A DNA stretch of 64,000 nt from Eledone cirrhosa. Lineage: Eukaryota. The notes beneath the pieces are model-generated. The model was not told the origin of the DNA. It saw only the letters and a program-made list of their open reading frames with translations, and searched no databases. Positions 53,490 through 64,000 of this stretch are shown here, in pieces. The position numbers and the translations under genes were made by a program. Each line of letters starts with the position of its first letter. The first letter of the stretch is position 1. The stretch is taken from assembly GCA_964016885.1 (NCBI GenBank), contig OZ024743.1, forward strand, positions 251,100,001-251,164,000. The letters are read 5' to 3'.

Positions 53490-53925
53490 AGCTGATTGGT
53501 ATTGAAACATGGGCTGTGAATGTAGAGGACATGTATAGGCTGGAGAGAAATGAAGCAACCATGCTTCATTGCATGTACAATGTAAATGTGAGAGAAAGGC
53601 AGAACTTGGATGAACTGATGGAAAAGCTTGGTTTAAGAGGAATCCAAAGTGATGTAAAAGAGAGAGGACTGTGTTGAAATAGACATGTGGTGCACATGGA
53701 TGAAGATCACTGGGTGAAGAAGAGCCAGGAAATCCCAGTGGAAGGAAGTTGCAATAGAGGTAGACCAAAAAAGAGCTGGGCAGAGGTGGTGAGAGCTGCT
53801 CTTAAATTGCTGAGACTCACACAGCAGATGATGAAGGAATGCTATGAGGGAATAGATGCTGTGCTTAAAAAGACTTGTCCAATGTATGTGACTGAAGAAA
53901 AACGGACACAAAAACAATGGTGATG
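53490..53925 (+). mobile_element. Degenerate RTE 3' fragment (subfamily B-like)
   Basis: HMDEDHWVKKSQEIPVEGSCNRGRPKKSWAEVV. Confidence 0.8.
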
Positions 53926-53960
53926 ATATATATACTCACACAAACTCGCACATATACTTT

Positions 53961-54051
<91 letters not shown>

Positions 54052-54072
54052 AAATGTATATATATATATATA

Positions 54073-54385
54073 ATTGGCATTGCAATCGAAAGGTTGTGAG
54101 TTCAATTCTCAGACCGGGTGATGTGTTGTTTCCTTGAGCAAGACACTTTATTTCACATTGCTCCAGTTTACTCAGCTGTAGAAATGAGATGATAGGAACT
54201 GAGGTCCATATCATTCCACTGCAAAGTGGTCGTGCAGGTGCCATGGCAAAAAAGCACCCAGCACTCACTGTAATGAGGTTGGTGTTAGGAAGGGCATCCA
54301 GCTGTAGAAATCAAGCCAGAATCAGTTCCCGTCCCACCCTTGCAACCAGGGAAAAGCGGACGTAAAATGATGATGATGATGATGA
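54073..54385 (+). mobile_element. 5'-truncated SINE S1, followed by a tail-only copy at 54397-54443
   Basis: Starts inside the tRNA head; otherwise collinear with 44340-44674. Confidence 0.88.
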
Positions 54386-54654
54386 TATATATATATCCTT
54401 GCAAGCAGGGAAAAGCGAACGTAAAATGATGATGATGATGATGTATATATATATATATATATATATACATGCACACACACACATTTGATAACTGTGTGTC
54501 TAAGTAATTTGGAATATAAACCCTGTTAAGGTTATAATATGCATTGCTGCTGCTGTTGTTGCTAACATGAGATTCAGGTGGAAAAGTAGAATTAAGTGAA
54601 ACCTTCTAACTGTCCCTCTTTGATTGATGCCACTGAATAAGAAATACTATTGAG

Positions 54655-55355
54655 TAACTCTCTCTCACATCTCTCTCAACTCTCTCTCTCACATCTCTCT
54701 CTCTCACATCTCTCTCAACTCTCTCTCAACTCTCTCTCTCTCACATCTCTCTCAACTCTCTCACATCTCTCTCACATCTCTCTCAACTCTCTCTCTCTCA
54801 CATCTCTCTCAACTCTCTCTCTCTCACATCTCTCTCAACTCTCTCTCTCTCACATCTCTCTCAACTCTCTCTCTCTCACATCTCTCTCAACTCTCTCTCT
54901 CTCACATCTCTCTCAACTCTCTCTCTCTCACATCTCTCTCTCTCTCACATCTCTCTCAACTCTCTCTCTCTCACATCTCTCTCAACTCTCTCTCTCTCAC
55001 ATCTCTCTCAACTCTCTCTCTCTCACATCTCTCTCAACTCTCTCTCTCTCAACTCTTTCTCTCACATCTCTCTCAACTCTCTCACATCTCTCTCAACTCT
55101 CTCTCTCTCTCTCACATCTCTCTCAACTCTCTCTCTCTCTCTCACATCTCTCTCAACTCTCTCTCTCTCTCTCACATCTCTCTCAACTCTCTCTCTCTCT
55201 CTCACATCTCTCTCTCTCTCACATCTCTCTCAACTCTCTCACATCTCTCTCAACTCTCTAACATCTCTCCCAACTCTCTCTCTCTCACATCTCTCTCAAC
55301 TCTCTCTCTCTCTCTCACATCTCTCTCAACTCTCTCTCTCTCACATCTCTCTCAA

Positions 55356-55375
<20 letters not shown>
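54655..55375. repeat. Compound (CT)n satellite (CTCTCACAT / CTCTCAA units)
   Basis: Direct reading. Confidence 0.92.
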
Positions 55376-55387
<12 letters not shown>

Positions 55388-55589
55388 AACCCTACTCTGT
55401 TTCTCTCTCTTTCTCTCCCTTAACTTTATTTTCTATCCTTCTATCCTCCTCTTAGTTCATTACCAATCATCCACCCCACCCCACCTCTATATACACTGAT
55501 CAACCAACAATATAAATAGCTGCAACAAATAAATAAAAATTTATTTGCTGCTACTTAAATTTACACACTCCATTTTATAACATGTTTAT

Positions 55590-56145
55590 GGTGGTGATGA
55601 TGATGCTATGATGGTGCTGGTGGTGGTGGTAGCGGTGCTGCTGGTGATGATGATGATGAGTGATGACAATGATGATGATGGTGGTGGTGGTGGTGGTGGT
55701 GGTGATGATAGTAGTGATGATAGAAGTGGTGGTGGTGATGATGATAGTGATGGTGGTGGTGAGGGTGATGATGATGATAGTGATAGTGGTGGTGAGGGTG
55801 ATGATGATGATAGTGATGACAATGATGGTAGTGGTGGTGGTGGTGATGATGATAGTGATAGTGGTGGTGAGGGTGATGATGATGATAGTGGTGGTAATGA
55901 TGATAGTGATAGTGGTGGTGAGGGTGATGATGATGATAGTGATGACAATGATAGTAGTGGTGGTGATGACGTTGATAGTGATAGTAGTGGTGATGATGAT
56001 GATAGTGGTGGTGATGATGATGATAGTGGTGGTGATGTTGATGATAGTGGTGGTGGTGACGATGATAGTGGTGGTGATGGTTATGAAGGTGAGGTTGGTA
56101 ATAATGATTATGATGATGGGGATGACAATAATGGTGGTGATGGTG
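55590..56145. repeat. (GAT/GGT/AGT)n low-complexity tract
   Basis: Direct reading. Confidence 0.9.
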
Positions 56146-57489
56146 GCAAATTAGGATATGGACAGTGCCAGTAAATGGCAACTAATAGAAAATGATAAAA
56201 CTTCTTCATATTACAAGATTTGTTGATTCTCTCTTATGAAATACATTTGTTATAAGATGCAAACATCTTTGAAACAAAGACTTTTGAGTTGAAAGTTGTC
56301 CTGCTTTTTTTCCTGCTTGAGGCAATCTCCTTGTAAAGCAGGCTTTTTGGGGGGGAGGGCGTCCTCCTCCAGCTGGCATGCAGTGTATTATGTAGCTACC
56401 CCACTCCCCCCTCTTCACCACTAATTATTTGTGGGACAAAGCTTGCCAAATACGATTCTGAGGAGTATGGAATTGGGAAGGATATCTAAAGATTTCATTG
56501 GTTAGCTTATGATTTATTTAGATTTTATAACTAGTTGTCATGTGACTAAAAGTTTCTGGACTGTTCTTAATATAGTCATAAAGGTAAAACAAGGAAATAA
56601 ACAGTTCATCGCCATTTTCATAATAACAAAAGAAAAAAGAAAATATAACATGAGAAAGTGAAATGAAGGGAAAGTGAGGAAGAAGCAGGAGATTCTACAC
56701 CACAGTCTAAGCAGTATATCCTAGTTGTACCCGATAGACAAAATGGCAAAGAAAAAGTTGCAAGGGTAGGATAGTGTAGTTGGGTGAAAAGTACTGAACT
56801 AAGGGGGGAGAGTAGGATGGAAAAAAAAGAGGTAAGAAAGCAAAGTGAAAGAGAGGTGAGAAAAAGAGAAGAGGTTTCTGAGAGAGAGATGGTGAAGACA
56901 AGATGGCAAAGCTACTCTGCCTCTCATGGCTTCTTTCTCAGGAGGAATGCACTCCTTCTGAATTTTTGGAAGATAACAGTAGTTTGGGACCAAAGACACC
57001 TGTGGTCTTAACAGCAACCAACACAAAAAGGAAGCAGTCAATCAAGTCCTGATATTTACCTATCTTCCTCTCCTCCATTTTATGGGTGTCAGTGCATGGA
57101 TTTCTGGCTGAAACAAGGTTGGAGGTAGAGAGTGCATTGTACTACTTGGCCTTCCAGATTAGCGATTTACCTCCTTCCAACAGGAAGAGGGTTTCCTGTC
57201 TAGGCCCTTACCATCACCATGGTTGAGGCTGGTAAACTCCAGTGAGGATGGGAAACTGGCCATGTCAAAACTCATAAACTATCTAATACAGAAAGGATCT
57301 AATGATAGATGAATCCACTTAATGTGTTCAAAGGCAGAATGGGTTCAATTGCTGAAGCCCACCAAGATGATGATGATGAAGGAATGTGTTGAGTGGAGAG
57401 ATAGTGTGCAGAAAAGGACCCGTCTAACCAATGCTGACATAGAAAACAGACATAAAAATGGTGATGATGATGACTCTACACATAATCTC

Positions 57490-60400
57490 ACCCTTTCTCT
57501 GTCTCTCACTCACACACACACACACACACCCTCACTCATTCTTACACATGCACTCTCTCACTCACTCACACACACACACACCCTCACTCATTCTTACACA
57601 TGCACCCTCTCACTCACACACCCTCACTCATTCTTACACATGCACTCTCTCACTCACACACCCTCACTCATTCTTACACATGCACTCTCTCACTCACACA
57701 CACACACACCCTCACTCATTCTTACACACGCACTCTCTCACTCACACACACGCACACCCTCACTCATTCTTACACATGCACCCTCTCACTCACACACCCT
57801 CACTCGTTCTTACACATGCACTCTCTCACTCACACACACACACCCACACTCATTCTTACACACGCACTCTCTCACTCACACACACGCACACCCTCACTCA
57901 TTCTTACACATGCACTCTCTCACTCACACACACACACACACACACCCTCACTCATTCTTACACATGCACTCTCTCACTCACACACACGCACACCCTCACT
58001 CATTCTTACACATGCACCCTCTCACTCACACACCCTCACTCGTTCTTACACATGCACTCTCTCACTCACACACCCTCACTCATTCTTACACATGAACTCT
58101 CTCACTCACAAACACACCCTCTCTCATTCTTACAGATGCACTCTATCACTCTCACACACACACACACACACACACCCTCACTCATTCTTACACATGCACT
58201 CTCTCACTCATTCTTACACAGGCACTCTCTCACTCACACACCCTCACTCATTCTTACACATGAACTCTCTCACTTACACACACACACCCACACTCATTCT
58301 CACTGATGCACTCTCTCACTCACACACACAAACACCCTCTCTCATTCTTACACATGCACTCTCTCACTCACACACACACACATCCTCACTCATTCTTACA
58401 CATGCACTCTCTCACTCACAAACACACACCCTCACTCATTCTTACACATGAACTCTCTCACTCACTCACAAACACACACCCTCACTCATTCTTACATATG
58501 AACTCTCTCACTCACACACACACACACTCTCACTCATTCTTACACATGCACTCTCTCACTCACAAACACACACCCTCACTCATTCTTACAGATGCACTCT
58601 CTCACTCACACACACACACACACTCACTCATTCTTACACATGCACTCTCTCACTCACACACACACACACCCTCACTCATTCTTACAGATGCACTCTCTCA
58701 CTCACACACACACACACCCTCACTCATTCTTAAACATGCACTCTCTCACTCACACACACACACTCTCACTCATTCTTACACATGCATTCTGTCACTCACA
58801 CACCCTCACTCATTATTACACATGAACTCTCTCACTCACACACACACCCTCTCTCATTCTTACAGATGCACTCTCTCACTCACACACCCTCACTCATTCT
58901 TACAGATGCACTCTCTCACTCACACACACACACACCTTCACTCATTCTTACACATGCACTCTCTCACTCATACACACACACACACTCACTCATTCTTACA
59001 GATGCACTCTCTCACTCACACACACACACACCCTCACTCATTCTTACACATGCACTCTCTCACTCACACACACACACACACACCCTCACTCATTCATTCT
59101 TACTGATGCACTCTCTCACTCACACACACACACACCCTCACTCATTCTTACTGAGGCACTCTCTCACTCTCACACACACACACTCTGACTCATTCTTACA
59201 CATTTCACTCTCTCACTCACACACACACACACACTCACTCATTCTTACACATGCACTCTCTCACTCACACACACACACACACCCTCACTCATTCATTCTT
59301 ACTGATGCACTCTCTCACTCACACACACACCCTCACTCATTATTACAGATGCACTCTCTCACTCACACACACACACCCTCACTCATTCTTACACATGCAC
59401 TCTCTCACTCACACACACACACACACACACCCTCACTCATTCATTCTTACTGATGCACTCTCTCACTCACACACACACACACCCTCACTCATTCTTACTG
59501 AGGCACTCTCTCACTCTCACACACACACACTCTGACTCATTCTTACACATTTCACTCTCTCACTCACACACACACACACCCTCACTCATTCTTACACATG
59601 CACTCTCTCACTCACACACACACACACTCACTCATTCTTACAGATGCACTCTCTCACTCACACACACACACACCCTCACTCATTCTTACAGATGCACTCT
59701 CTCACTCACACACACACACACACCCTCACTCATTCATTCTTACTGATGCACTCTCTCACTCACACACACACCCTCACTCATTCTTACTGATGCCCTCTCT
59801 CACTCACACACACACACACCCTCACTCATTCTTACACATGCACTCTCTCACTCACACACCCTCAGTCATTCTTACACGTGCACTCTCTCACTCACACACA
59901 CACACCCTCACTCATTCTTACACATGCACTCTCTCACTCAAACACACACACACCCTCACTCATTCTTACACATGCACCCTCTCACTCACACACCCTCACT
60001 CATTCTTACACATGCACCCTCTCACTCACACACCCTCACTCATTCTTACACATGCACACTCTCACTCAAACACACACACCCACACTCATTCTCACTGATG
60101 CCCTCTCTCACTCACACAGACACACACACACACAGCCTCATTCATTCTTACACATGCACTCTCTCACTCACACACCCTCACTCATTCTTACACATGCACT
60201 CTCTCACTCACACACCCTAAGTCATTCTTACACGTGCACTCTCTCACTCACACACACACACCCTCACTCATTCTTACACATGCACTCTCTCACTCAAACA
60301 CACACACACCCTCACTCATTCTTACACATGCACCCTCTCACTCACACACCCTCACTCATTCTTACACATGCACACTCTCACTCAAACACACACACCCACA

Positions 60401-62796
60401 CTCATTCTCACTGATGCCCTCTCTCACTCACACAGACACAGACACACACACACACACACACACACACAGCCTCACTCATTCTTACACAGGCACTCTCTCA
60501 CTCACACACCCTCACTCATTCTTACACATGAACTCTCTCACTTACACACACACACCCACACTCATACTCACTGATGCACTCTCTCACTCACACACACAAA
60601 CACCCTCTCTCATTCTTACACATGCACTCTCTCACTCACACACACACACATCCTCACTCATTCTTACACATGCACTCTCTCACTCACAAACACACACCCT
60701 CACTCATTCTTACACATGAACTCTCTCACTCACTCACAAACACACACCCTCACTCATTCTTACATATGAACTCTCTCACTCACACACACACACACTCTCA
60801 CTCATTCTTACACATGCACTCTCTCACTCACAAACACACACCCTCACTCATTCTTACAGATGCACTCTCTCACTCACACACACACACACACTCACTCATT
60901 CTTACACATGCACTCTCTCACTCACACACACACACACCCTCACTCATTCTTACAGATGCACTCTCTCACTCACACACACACACACCCTCACTCATTCTTA
61001 AACATGCACTCTCTCACTCACACACACACACTCTCACTCATTCTTACACATGCATTCTGTCACTCACACACCCTCACTCATTATTACACATGAACTCTCT
61101 CACTCACACACACACCCTCTCTCATTCTTACAGATGCACTCTCTCACTCACACACCCTCACTCATTCTTACAGATGCACTCTCTCACTCACACACACACA
61201 CACCTTCACTCATTCTTACACATGCACTCTCTCACTCATACACACACACACACTCACTCATTCTTACAGATGCACTCTCTCACTCACACACACACACACC
61301 CTCACTCATTCTTACACATGCACTCTCTCACTCACACACACACACACACACCCTCACTCATTCATTCTTACTGATGCACTCTCTCACTCACACACACACA
61401 CACCCTCACTCATTCTTACTGAGGCACTCTCTCACTCTCACACACACACACTCTGACTCATTCTTACACATTTCACTCTCTCACTCACACACACACACAC
61501 ACTCACTCATTCTTACACATGCACTCTCTCACTCACACACACACACACACCCTCACTCATTCATTCTTACTGATGCACTCTCTCACTCACACACACACCC
61601 TCACTCATTATTACAGATGCACTCTCTCACTCACACACACACACCCTCACTCATTCTTACACATGCACTCTCTCACTCACACACACACACACACACACCC
61701 TCACTCATTCATTCTTACTGATGCACTCTCTCACTCACACACACACACACCCTCACTCATTCTTACTGAGGCACTCTCTCACTCTCACACACACACACTC
61801 TGACTCATTCTTACACATTTCACTCTCTCACTCACACACACACACACCCTCACTCATTCTTACACATGCACTCTCTCACTCACACACACACACACTCACT
61901 CATTCTTACAGATGCACTCTCTCACTCACACACACACACACCCTCACTCATTCTTACAGATGCACTCTCTCACTCACACACACACACACACCCTCACTCA
62001 TTCATTCTTACTGATGCACTCTCTCACTCACACACACACCCTCACTCATTCTTACTGATGCCCTCTCTCACTCACACACACACACACCCTCACTCATTCT
62101 TACACATGCACTCTCTCACTCACACACCCTCAGTCATTCTTACACGTGCACTCTCTCACTCACACACACACACCCTCACTCATTCTTACACATGCACTCT
62201 CTCACTCAAACACACACACACCCTCACTCATTCTTACACATGCACCCTCTCACTCACACACCCTCACTCATTCTTACACATGCACCCTCTCACTCACACA
62301 CCCTCACTCATTCTTACACATGCACACTCTCACTCAAACACACACACCCACACTCATTCTCACTGATGCCCTCTCTCACTCACACAGACACACACACACA
62401 CAGCCTCATTCATTCTTACACATGCACTCTCTCACTCACACACCCTCACTCATTCTTACACATGAACTCTCTCACTCACACACACACATACCCTCACTCA
62501 TTCTTACAAATGCACCCTCTCACTCACACACCCTCACTCATTCTTACACATGCACTCTCTCACTCACACACCCTAAGTCATTCTTACACGTGCACTCTCT
62601 CACTCACACACACACACCCTCACTCATTCTTACACATGCACTCTCTCACTCAAACACACACACACCCTCACTCATTCTTACACATGCACCCTCTCACTCA
62701 CACACCCTCACTCATTCTTACACATGCACACTCTCACTCAAACACACACACCCACACTCATTCTCACTGATGCCCTCTCTCACTCACACAGACACA

Positions 62797-62833
<37 letters not shown>

Positions 62834-64000
62834 CCTCACTCATTCTTACACAGGCACTCTCTCACTCACACACCCTCACTCATTCTTACACATGAACTCT
62901 CTCACTCACACACACACACAACACACTCTCACTTATTCTTACACATGCACTCTCTCACTCACACACCCTCACTCATTCTTAAACATGAACTCTCTCACTC
63001 ACACACACACACATCCTCACTCATTCTTACTGATGCACTCTCTCACTCACACACACACACACACACCCTCACCCATTCTTACTGATGCACTCTCTCACTC
63101 ACACACACACACATCCTCACTCATTCTTACACATGCACTCTCTCACTCACACACACACCCCCACTCATTCTTACACATGCACTCTCTCATGCACACACAT
63201 ACCCTCTCTCGTTCTTACACATGCCCTCTACACACTCACACACACACACACCCTCACTCATACTTACACATGCACCCTCTCACTCACACACCCTCACTCA
63301 TTCTTACACATGCACTCTCTCACTCACACACACACACCCACACTCATTCTCACTGATGCCCTCTCTCACTCACACACACACACATACCCTCACTCATTCT
63401 TACTGATGCACTCTCTCACTCACACACTCACACAGCTTCACTCATTCTTACACATGCACTCTCACACTCTCACACCCTCACTCATTCTTACTCATGAACT
63501 CTCTCACTCACACACACACCCTCTCTCATTCTTACAGATGCACTCTCTCACTCACACACCCTCATTCATTCTTACACATTAACTCTCTCACTAACACACA
63601 CACACCATCACTCATTCTTACAGATGCACTCTCTCACTCACACACACACACCTCACTCATTCTTACACACACACTCTCTCACTCACACACACACACACAC
63701 CCTCACACACACACACACACACACCCTCACTCATTCTTACTGATGCACTCTCTCGCTCTCACACAAACACACTCTCACTCATTCTTACTGATGTGCTCTC
63801 TCACTCACACACACACTCACGCTCACTCATTCTTACTGATGCACTCTCTCACTCACACACACACACACACACCCTCACTCATTCTTACACATGCACTCTC
63901 TCACTCACACACACACACTCTCACTCATTCTTACAGATGCACTCTCTCACTCACACACCCCCACTCATTCTTACACATTAACTCCCTCACTCACACACAC
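57490..64000. repeat. Satellite, ~35-55-bp unit CCTCACTCATTCTTACACATGCACTCTCTCACT(CA)n, with 2268-bp higher-order duplication; runs off the right edge
   Basis: ORFs with matching translations recur at a constant 2268 offset (58306/60574, 58782/61050, 59251/61519, 59598/61866). Confidence 0.93.

Noticed and set aside
55586-56181. His-rich or Gly/Asp-rich ORFs resembling structural proteins (also 36757-37117)
   Set aside because: Trinucleotide low-complexity tracts open in several frames; the same tract type is scattered through the window.
57322-63981. HT/SL-rich ORFs; CRISPR-like repeat periodicity
   Set aside because: Satellite units are separated only by variable (CA)n, with no unique spacers and no cas genes, in a eukaryotic context.

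Overview
AT-rich, microsatellite-dense eukaryotic DNA that is intronic or intergenic. The repeat inventory resembles an octopod cephalopod genome (inference, not proven). No host gene can be called with confidence, and most ORFs in the track are microsatellite translations or antisense shadows. The window holds many 5'-truncated RTE-clade LINEs with (GAT)n tails whose RT carries an embedded C4HC3 PHD-type zinc finger. It also holds tRNA-derived SINEs sharing RTE tails, a DD37D (maT) Tc1/mariner element, an HSMAR2-like mariner relic, MITEs, tandem arrays of an RTE/SINE tail module and a satellite of over 6 kb with a 2268-bp higher-order duplication. The most striking signal is a recurring set of non-coding fold-back elements carrying hammerhead ribozyme motifs, typical of Penelope-like retroelement pLTRs. 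Cores are intact at 15822-15888(-) and 17351-17417(+), mutated at the GAAA G at 9574-9628(+) and 29391-29470(-), and present as 'half-hammerhead' palindromes folded back at the stem II loop at 4649-4767, 9713-9828 and 27199-27320. All structures were read by eye; boundaries of degenerate elements are approximate.
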